64,000 nucleotides of DNA, from positions 821,020 to 885,019 of the forward strand of contig JAVJSM010000003.1 in NCBI GenBank assembly GCA_040219445.1. The letters are read 5' to 3'. A model generated the notes under the pieces. The model saw only the letters and a list, made by a program, of their open reading frames with translations. It was not told the DNA's origin and did not search any database. Position numbers and translations under genes: made by a program. The stretch is from Filomicrobium sp. (lineage in GTDB: Bacteria > Pseudomonadota > Alphaproteobacteria > Rhizobiales > Hyphomicrobiaceae). Of the stretch, positions 31,076 through 41,216 are shown one piece after another (position 1 is the stretch's first letter; the number at the start of each line of letters is the position of its first letter).

Positions 31076-32926
31076 ATGCTGTACGTCATCTTAGGTTTTC
31101 TAGCACTTGCGTACGGTATCTGGCGTTTGGTCCGCGGCGGCGGGCAACTCAAGCTGCCTGCGCAGATCGGCGGTGAGGATGACAAAGGCGGACGGATGGC
31201 GAAGGCCCGACGTGTAGCACAGACAGCCGGTGGGTTACTCGGCGCTGTGGCTTCTATCGTCGTTGGCTTGTTCCTTCTCGCTTCGACCTCGTTTGTCTTG
31301 ATCGATGCCGATAGCGTGGGGCATCTGAAACGCATCTACGCTTTCCAGGAACTGCCCAAGGGTCGGATTATTGCGCTTTCTGGACAAAAGGGTCCGCAAG
31401 CGAAGATCTTGGGGCCGGGCTTCCATTTTATTCCGCTGGTTCGGGTTCTCTACGATGTGGAGAGCTATCCGGTTGTGAAGGTTCCGGAAGGCCACTACGG
31501 CGAGATTGTCGCCAGAGATGGCCAGGCTATGCCGGACGGTATGTTTATCGCGCCGAAGATCGCGGATGACCGGCTGACCGATATGCTGACGGCTGAGACC
31601 TTCTTGACCGAAGGTGGCTTTCGCGGTCCTCAGGAAACGGTTTTGAAACCGGGGGATTGGCGTCTTAACCGGTACTTGTTCGATGTTCGGGTGCAGGAGT
31701 TCGTTCCGGAGCGTGATGACGATACGCGCGCGACGATCATCCCGGCTGGTCATGTCGGCGTTGTGAAGAGTAACGTTTCGAAGCCGGGTGTTTCGTGCGT
31801 GAAGGAAGAAGTGAAGGCTAGCGAATTCGTTCCTGGTGCTTTGTCGGTACCACTGGTGCCGCCTGGATGTGTTGGGATCTGGCGCGAGCCGCTTTTGCCG
31901 GGTGCTTACTATCTCAACCGCAAAGCCTACGAAGTGACGCTTGTCGATACGCGTGTGAAGACCTGGGAATACAAAGGCGGTTTCACAAAGCGCATTATCG
32001 ATCTGTCGGTCGATCAGCAGGGTAACATCAAGCAGAACGAAAGGACTGAGACGCAGAAAGTCCCGGTCGAAGCTGCAGATCGTGCCGTGTTCGTTAAGGT
32101 AGAGGGTTGGGATATCCCACAAGAGCTGCGTGTGCTTGTGCAGGTCAACCCGAAGAATGCGCCGATTGTTGTTGGTGCTGTTGGCGGGCTTGAGGAGATC
32201 GAGAACCGGATCCTGACGCCGGTTATTCGATCCATTGTTCGCAACGTTGCGGGGTCGGAAATCGAAGTGCCTGATCCGAATGATCCAACGAAGACCATTC
32301 GGCGCAAGACGGAGGTGCTCGATCTCATCGAAAACCGCGATGCGCTTGAGCAGAACATTGAAGATGCGGTGAAACGTGAAGGCCGCAAAGCCGGTGTTGA
32401 AATCCAGGAGATCCGTCTTGGCGAACCGGCTGTGCCGCCAGAGCTTCTTGTGCAGCGTTTGCGTGAGCAGTTAGCAGATCAGCTCTCAAAAGCTTACGAG
32501 CGTGAAACGGCGGCGCAAGCCAAGCGCATCGAGACCGAGCAGGCACGTGCGACGGCAAACGAGCAGCCGCGGCTCGTTGAGGCGCAGATTGCTGTGCAGG
32601 TCGCGAAGCAGCGTGAAGCGGAGCGGGCTGCGCTTGGTAGCGCGGAGCGCCAGTTCCTCGAAGAGCTGGCACGCGGTCAACGGGCCCAGGCTGAAGTTCT
32701 TGGGCAAGACCGGGTTGCACTGTTGCAGGCGTTAGAAAAAACGCTGGCAGCATTACAAGAGAAGCCTGAGTTGGTCGGGCTTATCTCACGGCTTGTTCCA
32801 CATACCATGGTGACCGGCGGTGGCGATGGTGGCTTGGCCGGTGCTGCCGCGATTTTGTCGGGTGTCGTCGGCCAGGGCGGGTCACCCGGCAACCGTTCGC
32901 CTGCCGCGGGTGCGCCGGCGCAGTAG
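31076..32926 (+). CDS. Flotillin-like SPFH-domain membrane protein.
   Basis: N-terminal TM (LYVILGFLALAYGIWRLV) and a second hydrophobic stretch. SPFH-like region. C-terminal alanine/glutamate-rich coiled coil (ERETAAQAKRIETEQARA...AERAALGSAERQ). The track ORF begins at TTG 31043; ATG 31076 is preferred. Confidence 0.6.
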   Translation: MLYVILGFLALAYGIWRLVRGGGQLKLPAQIGGEDDKGGRMAKARRVAQTAGGLLGAVASIVVGLFLLASTSFVLIDADSVGHLKRIYAFQELPKGRIIALSGQKGPQAKILGPGFHFIPLVRVLYDVESYPVVKVPEGHYGEIVARDGQAMPDGMFIAPKIADDRLTDMLTAETFLTEGGFRGPQETVLKPGDWRLNRYLFDVRVQEFVPERDDDTRATIIPAGHVGVVKSNVSKPGVSCVKEEVKASEFVPGALSVPLVPPGCVGIWREPLLPGAYYLNRKAYEVTLVDTRVKTWEYKGGFTKRIIDLSVDQQGNIKQNERTETQKVPVEAADRAVFVKVEGWDIPQELRVLVQVNPKNAPIVVGAVGGLEEIENRILTPVIRSIVRNVAGSEIEVPDPNDPTKTIRRKTEVLDLIENRDALEQNIEDAVKREGRKAGVEIQEIRLGEPAVPPELLVQRLREQLADQLSKAYERETAAQAKRIETEQARATANEQPRLVEAQIAVQVAKQREAERAALGSAERQFLEELARGQRAQAEVLGQDRVALLQALEKTLAALQEKPELVGLISRLVPHTMVTGGGDGGLAGAAAILSGVVGQGGSPGNRSPAAGAPAQ

Positions 32927-32946
32927 TACAACTTGGTTCTTAACTA

Positions 32947-32986
32947 AAAGGGTCGGAACTTTCTGGTTCCGACCCTTTAATTTTTT
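32947..32986. terminator. Bidirectional terminator between the flotillin-like gene and grpE.
   Basis: AAAGGGTCGGAAC-TTTCTG-GTTCCGACCCTTT stem-loop followed by AATTTTTT. Confidence 0.55.
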
Positions 32987-33042
32987 AAGCGCGGTTCAGT
33001 GCCGTGTGCGGTTCTTAAGGCGTTGAAAACTGGAACCTGTCG

Positions 33043-33876
33043 TCAAGTTTGCTCCGTTCCGTTCTTCGGAGCTTCGCTTTCTTCTGAGGCGTTTGCTTCT
33101 ACATCAGGTTGGACATTTGCCTCGTCAGGTGCGCTAACGTCTTCTTCTGGCTTTTCTTCTTCTTTTTGTTCTTTCACCGGTTTCGGACCACCTTTGGCGA
33201 CGACGACCATTGCTGGTCGCAGCACGCGGTCGGCGATCATGTAGCCGGCTTGGTACACCTGCAGCACGGTCCCGGCTGGAACGGCTTTGTCATCCTGTTC
33301 CATTACGGCTTGGTGCTTATGCGGGTCGAATAGCTCGTCCTTGGGTGAGATACGCTGGACGCCGTGACGCTCGAGCACGTTCAAGAATTCGCGCTCGGTC
33401 ATGGTGACGCCGTCGAGCAGCGATTTCAGAACCGGATTATCGACGAGGGCGTCTTCTGGGACGGATGAAATTGCCCGCTCGAAGTTGTCGGCAACCGCGA
33501 CCGTATCGCGTGCGAACTTCGTGATCGCATATTTTCCGGCTTCTTCGATTTCCTTCTCGCGGCGGCGATGCAGGTTTTGGATTTCTGCCTGATTGCGGTG
33601 GATTTCCTTTTGCGCTTCAGCGAGGCGTTCAGCAAGTTCTGCCTGCTGTTCCTCCATGGTTTCTAGCTGTGCTTGGAGCATTTCCACCGCGTCGACGGGG
33701 GAGTCGGCGAAGTCTAGTGGGTCCATATTGCCGGCTTCCTGTTCGAAATCAGATTGTAGTGAGTCAAATGCCGCTGTGCCTGGGATTTCGGGTGTTTCGG
33801 TTTTTTTGGATGGTTGGTCGGCGTCCGACAGCGGCGTGTTGTCGTTTTGACCGGTTTTTTTGGTGTCGTCGGTCAT
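33043..33876 (-). CDS. grpE: Nucleotide exchange factor GrpE.
   Basis: GrpE core (KYAITKFARDTVAVADNFERA...DPHKHQAVM...GYMIADRVLRPAMVVV) with a long acidic N-terminus and a charged C-terminus. GGAGATAGG Shine-Dalgarno. Confidence 0.9.
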   Translation of the reverse strand: MTDDTKKTGQNDNTPLSDADQPSKKTETPEIPGTAAFDSLQSDFEQEAGNMDPLDFADSPVDAVEMLQAQLETMEEQQAELAERLAEAQKEIHRNQAEIQNLHRRREKEIEEAGKYAITKFARDTVAVADNFERAISSVPEDALVDNPVLKSLLDGVTMTEREFLNVLERHGVQRISPKDELFDPHKHQAVMEQDDKAVPAGTVLQVYQAGYMIADRVLRPAMVVVAKGGPKPVKEQKEEEKPEEDVSAPDEANVQPDVEANASEESEAPKNGTEQT

Positions 33877-34001
33877 CCTATCTCCGATTCCCTAGTGGTT
33901 GCGCCGGTGCCCAGCTGGTCGGTCAGACCTCAAAAGGTTGAACAGACCGCGTGCGAGCTGGTGCGCAGCGCCCTTTCGATATCAGTGAGAGCCTGTCGAA
34001 T

Positions 34002-35081
34002 TCAAGTCAGCAGCTTGCTTACCAGCTTGGCTGTGTAGTCGACCATTGGAATAATCCGCGCATAATTGAGGCGGGTTGGGCCGATAATCCCGATAACACC
34101 GACGATTTTACGGTGGTCGTCGCGGAAGGGTGCGACAATCATTGACGAGCCGGACAAGGAAAACAGTTTGTTTTCCGAGCCAATAAAGATTTTGACGCCT
34201 TCAGCAGCTTCGGCGATGCCGAGAACCTGCATCAGATCCTGCTTCTTTTCCAAGTCATCGAACAGGTGGCGGATGCGCTCCAAGTCTTCCTGGGCGGTGA
34301 CCTCTTTCAACAGATTGGATTGACCTCTGACGATCAGGCTCTTGCGGTCATCAAGCGTGCCGGACCATTCCGCCAAGCCGGAGTTGATAACGCGTTGGGT
34401 GAGTTCGTCGAGTTCGGCTTTCGTTTTTTCATGTTCAGAATTGAGTTTGGCGATGGCTTCGCCAATCGTTAAGCCTTGGATATGAGCGTTCAGGTAGTTG
34501 CTGGCTTTAGTCAGTGCGCCCGAAGGCAGACCTTCTGGCAATTCAAGGATGCGGTTTTCGACTTCGCCAGATTCCCCAACGAGAATGACAAGCGCTTTGT
34601 GCGGGTCGAGCGGGACGAACTCAACTTGCTTCAGGCGCTCTACCTGTTTGTCGGCCAATACAACGCCAGCGCAGTGGGAAAGGCCGGAAATCATTTCTCC
34701 TGCTTCATTGAGGAGCGTATCGAATGAACTTTGATTCCCTCCGGAGATTTGCGCTTCGATCGAACGGCGTTCGTCGTCACTGAGATCCCCCAGCTCCAGT
34801 AGGCCGTCGACGAACATGCGCAGTCCTGACTGCGTTGGTAACCGGCCAGCTGAGGTATGTGGGGCAGCGATCAATCCCAGGTGCTCCAGATCCGACATGA
34901 CGTTACGGATCGAGGCTGGCGAGAGGCTCATCGGCAGCGAGCGGGCGAGATTGCGCGACCCCACCGGTTCGCCGGTGTGCAGGTAGGATTCCACGATTTG
35001 GCGGAGGATGGTTCGCGAGCGCTCGTTTAGCTCGTCAATCTTGAGGAGACGATCGCCTGGCTCCAGCCGTGCTTCACTCAT
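34002..35081 (-). CDS. hrcA: Heat-inducible transcription repressor HrcA.
   Basis: N-terminal winged-helix region ([29 protein letters not shown]). Full-length HrcA. Immediately upstream of grpE. Confidence 0.9.
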   Translation of the reverse strand: MSEARLEPGDRLLKIDELNERSRTILRQIVESYLHTGEPVGSRNLARSLPMSLSPASIRNVMSDLEHLGLIAAPHTSAGRLPTQSGLRMFVDGLLELGDLSDDERRSIEAQISGGNQSSFDTLLNEAGEMISGLSHCAGVVLADKQVERLKQVEFVPLDPHKALVILVGESGEVENRILELPEGLPSGALTKASNYLNAHIQGLTIGEAIAKLNSEHEKTKAELDELTQRVINSGLAEWSGTLDDRKSLIVRGQSNLLKEVTAQEDLERIRHLFDDLEKKQDLMQVLGIAEAAEGVKIFIGSENKLFSLSGSSMIVAPFRDDHRKIVGVIGIIGPTRLNYARIIPMVDYTAKLVSKLLT

Positions 35082-35394
35082 CGCTATCTATTGCCTGAAT
35101 TTCGTTTCGCAGCGCGGGACAGTCTAGCTTTTGGGCGGCCAGCTATCCAGAGGCTGGGTTGTGGGCAGAATCTAGGTGTGGGTACAGGGGCTTTACAAGG
35201 CCGTACAGGGCCGTTTGATTTCGGGCGTTTGCTGATTTGGCGCAGCAATTCCCGCACTTTATTTTATCTGTTGAACCCGAGGCGGGCCTCTTCTAGGTTC
35301 GCGCAACTTCCAATTCTCTCCACTTTAACGGGTCTTGCCGGGCTGCTTACTGGTCATGCTGCGGTCGTTGGCCCCCTATCAGAGCTCTAGTTTT

Positions 35395-36108
35395 ATGCGC
35401 CCATCCAACCGCCAGCCCGACGAACTGCGCCGCGTTTCAATCGATCGTGCCGTTTCTCTTCACGCCGAGGGGTCATGCCTCATTAAATTCGGAAACACGC
35501 ATGTTCTTTGCACGGCGACGCTTGAAGAGCGGGTGCCGCCCTGGCTCAAGGGGCAGGGTCGCGGCTGGGTAACGGCCGAATATGCGATGTTGCCACGGGC
35601 GACGCTTGAGCGGACGCGTCGCGAGGTGACGCGCGGGTCGCCGTCTGGTCGGACGCATGAGATTCAGCGGCTGATCGGGCGAGCGTTACGGGCGATTGTG
35701 GATTTAGAAAAGCTCGGCGAGCGTCAGATCACGATCGACTGCGATGTTATCCAGGCCGATGGCGGGACGCGAACTGCTGCGATCACCGGTGCATGGGTCG
35801 CACTCAGCGACTGTATCGAGTGGATGAAAGTCCGCGATATGGTGAAAGACGATGTGCTAACCGATCAGGTGGCGGCGATTTCGTGTGGTCTCTATAAAGG
35901 CACGCCTGTGCTCGACCTTGATTATGCTGAAGATTCTAATGCTGACGCAGACGCGAACTTCGTGATGACCGGCAACGGCGGCATTGTCGAAATTCAAGGC
36001 ACTGCGGAGACCTCGCCGTTTAGCCACGAGAACTTCGAAGCGTTGATGGACTTGGCGAAAAAAGGCATCGGCGAATTGTTGCAACTCCAAAAGCTCACCA
36101 TCAGCTAA
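35395..36108 (+). CDS. rph: Ribonuclease PH.
   Basis: [20 protein letters not shown]...[17 protein letters not shown]. 237 aa. Start at the ATG downstream of the track TTG. Confidence 0.9.
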   Translation: MRPSNRQPDELRRVSIDRAVSLHAEGSCLIKFGNTHVLCTATLEERVPPWLKGQGRGWVTAEYAMLPRATLERTRREVTRGSPSGRTHEIQRLIGRALRAIVDLEKLGERQITIDCDVIQADGGTRTAAITGAWVALSDCIEWMKVRDMVKDDVLTDQVAAISCGLYKGTPVLDLDYAEDSNADADANFVMTGNGGIVEIQGTAETSPFSHENFEALMDLAKKGIGELLQLQKLTIS

Positions 36109-36177
36109 GCTCAGGTTGCTTGCGGCCGTCTGCGGCTGACCTCTGCCAATGCTCTTATTCAGCCTACCGGGAAAAGC

Positions 36178-37083
36178 GTGATGACGAACGAACTGTCCGC
36201 TGGAATGCGGCTTGTCGTGGCAAGCCACAACCAAGGGAAAGTTTGGGAAATCAAACAGTTGATTGCTCCGTTTGGGCTTGATGCTGTGTCGGCTGGTGAT
36301 TTGAACCTGCCTGAGCCTGAAGAGACCGAGCCGACCTTTGCGGGCAATGCGAAGTTGAAAGCGGTGGCGGCTGCGACGGCATCCGGTTTGCCTGCGTTGG
36401 CTGACGATTCAGGGCTTGAGGTTGAATGTCTCGGTGGGGCTCCTGGCATTTACTCTGCGCGCTGGGCGGGGCCTTCAAAAGACTTTGCACTGGCGATGCA
36501 GAAGGTCGATGAGGAGATTGAGAAGCGTCAAGGTTGGGCGGCACCGGGGCCTCGCGCCAACTTTATCTGCACGCTTTGTTTAGCGTGGCCGGATGGGCAG
36601 GCTGAAGTTTTCGAAGGTCGGGTCGATGGCATTCTGGTGCGTCCGGTGCGCGGTGGAAATGGATTTGGGTACGACCCCATGTTCCAGCCCGATGGTCATG
36701 AGTTGACCTTTGGCGAGATGGAGCCTGACCAGAAGCATGCCATGTCGCATCGCTCGAGAGCATTCCAGAGGTTTAAGGAAACGAAGCTGGCAGGCTTACC
36801 GCTTCGGGATGCGGCAGTTGCTGAGCTTTCAAAATCAGGAGCCGGTGCTTATGAGGGGCTATCTGCGGCGGCGGCTAATTTGTCGACGCGCGCTGAACTT
36901 GGCACCTTTATCGATAACCTTGCAGCTGACCTCGCGGCCAACCCTGGTGAGTGGGACAATCGTGAGCTTGCGGCTTATCTCAAGGCGTTGAAGATCTGGG
37001 TTTCTAAGAACGATAATCTTGAATCAGAACCGCGCTGGCGCTTACTTGCGAAGACGCTGCTGGCAGGCCGTTCGCAGACTTAG
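36178..37083 (+). CDS. rdgB: RdgB/HAM1 non-canonical purine NTP pyrophosphatase with an extra C-terminal region of about 95 aa.
   Basis: Ham1 motifs ([44 protein letters not shown]) end near residue 205. About 95 more residues ([11 protein letters not shown]...[14 protein letters not shown]...) continue in frame. Confidence 0.8.
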   Translation: MMTNELSAGMRLVVASHNQGKVWEIKQLIAPFGLDAVSAGDLNLPEPEETEPTFAGNAKLKAVAAATASGLPALADDSGLEVECLGGAPGIYSARWAGPSKDFALAMQKVDEEIEKRQGWAAPGPRANFICTLCLAWPDGQAEVFEGRVDGILVRPVRGGNGFGYDPMFQPDGHELTFGEMEPDQKHAMSHRSRAFQRFKETKLAGLPLRDAAVAELSKSGAGAYEGLSAAAANLSTRAELGTFIDNLAADLAANPGEWDNRELAAYLKALKIWVSKNDNLESEPRWRLLAKTLLAGRSQT

Positions 37084-37150
37084 AGCGTTCCATATTACCT
37101 TCGTTTTCTGCGGCGACCTGAGTTCGATGTTTGAGAGGTAAAGCTGCTCC

Positions 37151-38392
37151 GTGCGAGACCCCGCTGGCTTTGGTGTTTATGTGCATTGGCCGTTTTGCGC
37201 GCAGAAGTGCCCTTACTGCGACTTCAACAGTCATGTTCGTTTTGGCGGTTCGGATGGTCATAGCGGCTGGGACGAAGCGCGGTTTTTGAGTGCTTACCTT
37301 CGCGAGCTGAGTTATCTGCGGGAGCGGACCGGGCCTCGGCGTGCGACGTCTGTTTTCTTCGGTGGCGGTACGCCATCGTTGATGCAGCCGGAGACAGTTT
37401 CGAAAATTCTGGAAGAAATCGGCCGGTTGTGGCCGCTTGTCGAAGATGCGGAAATTACGCTGGAAGCGAATCCGGGCTCAGTCGAGGCAGCGCGGTTCCA
37501 GGGTTATCGGCGGGCGGGAATTAACCGGGTTTCGATTGGCGTGCAGTCACTGCTGGACGACGACCTGAAAGCGCTGGGCCGAATTCACTCCGTTGAAGAA
37601 GCGCGACGGGCGTTGGAGATCGCAGTCACGACCTTTGAGAGAGTTTCGTTCGACCTGATTTATGCGCGTAGCGGGCAGACGCTTGCGGCATGGAAGGCTG
37701 AGCTTGATGAGGCTTTGCGGTTCGGGCCGTCGCACTTGTCGCTTTATCAGCTCACCATTGAGCCCGGCACGGTTTTCGAGAAGCTCTCTCAGGCGGGTAA
37801 GCTGGTTGTCCCAGATGGCGACTTGGCTGCGGATTTTTACAGTCTGACAGAAGAGATGACTGCTGCCGCTGGATTGCCGGCTTACGAAGTTTCTAACTAT
37901 GCAAAGCCTGGGCAAGAAAGCCGCCATAACCTGACCTATTGGCGTTACGGTGCCTATGTTGGCGCAGGTCCGGGCGCGCACGGGCGTCTTGTTGAAGATG
38001 GCGGTGTGGCTGAAACCAATAATTCGGTACGAGTTGGCACGGAGACCGAAAAGCACCCTGAGACATGGGCGACGCAGGTCGAGGCGCGGGGGCACGGCCT
38101 CAGTGTTTATGAGCCGATCGGACGTGAAGCTGCGGCAGATGAGATTTTGCTTATGGGGTTGCGTCTTCGAGAGGGGCTTGATCTGAAACGCCTTGCCGAT
38201 ATTGGCCGTGTGCGACCTTCAGTCTCCGTGATCGACCGGCTCATCGATCAGGGTGTGCTCGGCCAAAGTTCGGATGGTCGGAGGCTGAAAGCCGTCGGTT
38301 CAGGGCGCTTGTTGATCGACGAACTGGTGTTGCAACTTTCCAATAGCTTTGAGCCGGTATCGCCAAGTGCCATGCCGTTGTCGTCTTCTTAA
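37151..38392 (+). CDS. hemW: Radical-SAM heme chaperone HemW (coproporphyrinogen III oxidase-like).
   Basis: VHWPFCAQKCPYCDFNS CxxxCxxC. HemN-like body. Conserved rph-rdgB-hemW synteny. Confidence 0.85.
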   Translation: MRDPAGFGVYVHWPFCAQKCPYCDFNSHVRFGGSDGHSGWDEARFLSAYLRELSYLRERTGPRRATSVFFGGGTPSLMQPETVSKILEEIGRLWPLVEDAEITLEANPGSVEAARFQGYRRAGINRVSIGVQSLLDDDLKALGRIHSVEEARRALEIAVTTFERVSFDLIYARSGQTLAAWKAELDEALRFGPSHLSLYQLTIEPGTVFEKLSQAGKLVVPDGDLAADFYSLTEEMTAAAGLPAYEVSNYAKPGQESRHNLTYWRYGAYVGAGPGAHGRLVEDGGVAETNNSVRVGTETEKHPETWATQVEARGHGLSVYEPIGREAAADEILLMGLRLREGLDLKRLADIGRVRPSVSVIDRLIDQGVLGQSSDGRRLKAVGSGRLLIDELVLQLSNSFEPVSPSAMPLSSS

Positions 38393-38509
38393 GCGAATTG
38401 GAAGTAGACAGGCTAAACGCGATCGAATAGACGGCCTGCATCCCGCCTTCCTTTGCTGACCTTCGTCGCGAGGCGGTCCCACCTCGAAGCAGTTTAAGTT
38501 CCCGGTGCT

Positions 38510-39091
38510 ATGATCAGAAGCCTTTATGACTGGACGATGCGGGCTGCCAGCGACAAGCGCGCGGTGCCAGCTCTTTTTGGCGTGTCTTTTGTTGAGAGCT
38601 CGTTTTTCCCGATACCGCCTGATGTGATGCTGATCCCAATGGTCTTGGCAGAGCGGGCCAAGGCTTGGTATTTCGCTGCCGTAGCGACCGTGGGTTCGGT
38701 GCTTGGCGGGATCTTTGGTTATCTCATTGGCTTGTTTTTGTTCGATACCGTTGGTCAGCCGGTGCTTGAGCTTTACGGCTACAGCGAAAAGTTCCAGCAG
38801 TTTGCTTCGCAATACAATGAATACGGCGCTTGGATCGTGTTCGTGTTCGGCGTGACGCCATTTCCCTACAAAGTGATTACCATTGCGAGCGGAGCGACCC
38901 AGCTCAGCGTGATTTCGTTCATTTTGGCGAGTGTGTTATCGCGCGGATTGCGATTTTTCGTTGTGGCCGCTTTGCTTTATTGGTTCGGTCCACCAATCAA
39001 GGACTTCATCGAAAAGCGGCTGGGGCTGGTGTTTACCGTGTTTGTTGCTCTTCTGATCGGTGGGTTCATTGCCATCAAGTTTTTGCTGTAA
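38510..39091 (+). CDS. YqaA/DedA-family (VTT-domain) membrane protein.
   Basis: 193 aa with 4-5 TM segments. FVESSFFPIPPDVMLIPM motif typical of the DedA/YqaA family. Confidence 0.7.
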   Translation: MIRSLYDWTMRAASDKRAVPALFGVSFVESSFFPIPPDVMLIPMVLAERAKAWYFAAVATVGSVLGGIFGYLIGLFLFDTVGQPVLELYGYSEKFQQFASQYNEYGAWIVFVFGVTPFPYKVITIASGATQLSVISFILASVLSRGLRFFVVAALLYWFGPPIKDFIEKRLGLVFTVFVALLIGGFIAIKFLL

Positions 39092-39130
39092 AGGGTTGTT
39101 GGCGACAGCGTGCGGGTTGAGGAGAAGCTT

Positions 39131-39652
39131 ATGGCAGGCCAGTCGGGGAATGCGTTGAAATCGCAAGCATATGAGCTGGGCAGCTGGATGCTTTTTCTGG
39201 CTGCGGCCGTCATTGTTGCGGCTTTGGCTTTCGAGTTTCTGGGCGGTTATCGGCCCTGCCCGCTTTGTCTGCAGCAGCGCTACGCCTACTATGCTGGCAT
39301 TCCACTACTTTTCGGTGCGCTCGTGCTGTTGAGTTCTGAAAAAGAGCGGACGGCTGCCATCTTATTTTTCGTCGTCTCGCTGGCGTTCCTGTTTAACTCT
39401 GGGTTGGGAGTATATCAGGCGGGGGCCGAGTATGGTTTCTGGCCGGGGCCTCAGGCCTGCGCGGGTGGACAAGACATCACGACCTCAGCCGAAGGGCTGC
39501 TTGGTGCTTTGGAAGAGACCAAAGTGGTCCGCTGTGATGAGCCCGAGTTCTGGTTCCTGGGGCTCACTTTTGCAGGTTGGAATGCTGTGCTTTCGTTTGT
39601 CCTCTTCATCGGATCGTTGAAAGCCGCATTTGCCGCTGTCGATCAGCGCTAA
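39131..39652 (+). CDS. dsbB: Disulfide bond formation protein DsbB-like.
   Basis: GAGGAGAAG Shine-Dalgarno before the ATG. Four TM segments. Cys pairs CPLC (first periplasmic loop) and C...C (second loop). Confidence 0.7.
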   Translation: MAGQSGNALKSQAYELGSWMLFLAAAVIVAALAFEFLGGYRPCPLCLQQRYAYYAGIPLLFGALVLLSSEKERTAAILFFVVSLAFLFNSGLGVYQAGAEYGFWPGPQACAGGQDITTSAEGLLGALEETKVVRCDEPEFWFLGLTFAGWNAVLSFVLFIGSLKAAFAAVDQR

Positions 39653-40870
39653 ATCAATTTCGTCATCAGATTCAGATCACTAGTTGCAAGCTCGGTTGCG
39701 CAGAGAAAAGCGCTTCCGGGGCTTCTGTGGTTTGTTCATCCACTGTCAATTAATTCACCGTCCACAGGCCCAGTTCCTGTCTTTATGTTGCCCAAATGAA
39801 ACGGTTAATAGTTTCTTAACGAAGGGGCGCACCTCGGAGCTGAGTTTGCAAAGAGGAAGTTGAGTGTAGAGCGCCCTGGCAGGCTGAGTTGAGTGAGTTG
39901 GACGTTGTTGTCGTCAGCCTCGTTTTTGTTCTTCGCGGCCTGTGTCTCGGCCGCTGCCTGAGTGCCCTCTCCAGGCAATTGTACCCGCCGCGTTTTGAGT
40001 ATGGCGAACCCGAGTTGTTTGTTTCGAGTCGTTAGAAGTGCGTGGCGTTTCCCCATGAGTCGTTCTCAAGTTTCGTGTGCCGTTTCCCGTTCCGAGTTGG
40101 TTCTTCGTGAGTTGGTGAGCGTTGGTACCCAGTCGTCGAGTTCTGCGACTGAGTTTGTTGCCTACCGTAAGCGTAAGAGTGGTGCGTTGGTTTCGGGGCC
40201 CTCTCCCAAGGACATGCTCCCCGCAGTGTTCGAAGGATTGAGGCGTTCTGTCCGGGCGAAGAAATGTAAGCGTATTGGCCGGCAGGTTAACGCTTCGGCG
40301 AGAGCTCCTGAGTTGCGTTCTGATGCGTTGTGTTGAGTTGGTTGCCTAAGGCGTTGGTACTTCGTTGCGTTTGTGAAGCGTTGTTTTCGTTTGTGATGCG
40401 TATTCCCGGGTCCCCGCCCTGGAAGATGGAACTTGGCCATGACCGGTGACGGTCAGATGCGGATTTGAACCGGCCGGTCGTGGCTTTGTTATCTGAAGGT
40501 TATGTTGGTTTGTGTTGGAGGCGTGTTGTGGAGAGTGATGAGTCGAGTTGGCGTCCGTTGAGTGATGTCGTGACGGATTTGATCGGCGGCGTAACGATTG
40601 AAGCTGACGAATCCTGATGAGCTTTAAGTGGCGTTGGTTGTCGTGTGTTTGTTTGCGTTAAGTGCGGAAATTAAGAGTTTGCCCCGGAAGATTTGAGTTC
40701 GAGACGTTTGAACCTTTGAGGGTTCCGTCTCTTCCAGTTGGCAGATGCGTCGAGCGCTTGAGACTTCGCCTCAAACGAAGTGCTGTATGTCCCGGTTGCG
40801 CGTAGCAGCACGTCAGCGTTCCTCGCATCTGCCGCCCTCAAGACCGGGCGTCGCGGAAGTAAATGGAGCA

Positions 40871-41101
40871 ATGCAAATGCAGATGAGCCCAGAGTATGTC
40901 GACCAGATGCAATGGCACCAAACCCTTGGCTTTGCCCGCCAAGCTTGTGCTCGCGTGTTTCGCGATGGCGGAACGCCTGCTGATGCGCTGAAAGCCTTTG
41001 GGTTTTCGCACAAGGCGCAAGACGTTGGGAATGACTGGAGCAAGGCGGTTGAAGTCATCGCCGAACGCATGTGTGCGACGTCCGATAAAAAGGCGGCCTA
41101 G
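40871..41101 (+). CDS. Small hypothetical protein (77 aa).
   Basis: ATG-start ORF (MQMQMSPEYVDQMQWHQTLGFARQACARVF...) of ordinary composition. Sits immediately after the GT-skewed non-coding region and is followed by a canonical terminator. Confidence 0.4.
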   Translation: MQMQMSPEYVDQMQWHQTLGFARQACARVFRDGGTPADALKAFGFSHKAQDVGNDWSKAVEVIAERMCATSDKKAA

Positions 41102-41162
41102 GTTGGCGCCCGGACGGGCTTACGCTTTGATCACTAGGTTATCAGCCAGTCCTGCAAATTTA

Positions 41163-41190
41163 AGGGCGCCGAGAGGCGCCCTTTTTTGTT
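41163..41190 (+). terminator. Rho-independent terminator.
   Basis: AGGGCGCC-GAGA-GGCGCCCT stem-loop followed by TTTTTT. Confidence 0.6.
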
Positions 41191-41216
41191 GTCCGCTTGC
41201 ATGATGTTGGTGCCGT

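Noticed and set aside
33877-35340. CIRCE (HrcA operator) upstream of hrcA-grpE and of dnaK.
   Set aside because: No copy of the TTAGCACTC-N9-GAGTGCTAA inverted repeat or a close variant was found by eye in either upstream region.
36168-36178. Apparent 10-nt discrepancy between my by-eye coordinate of the rdgB GTG start and the ORF-track coordinate.
   Set aside because: Attributed to my mis-segmenting a sequence line while reading. The ORF-track frame is internally consistent with the stop at 37083, so the track coordinates were kept.
39962-40336. 124-aa ORF within the GT-skewed region.
   Set aside because: Ser/Arg/Val-rich low-complexity translation driven by the G+T skew. TTG/ATG start without a ribosome-binding site. 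The region is better treated as non-coding.
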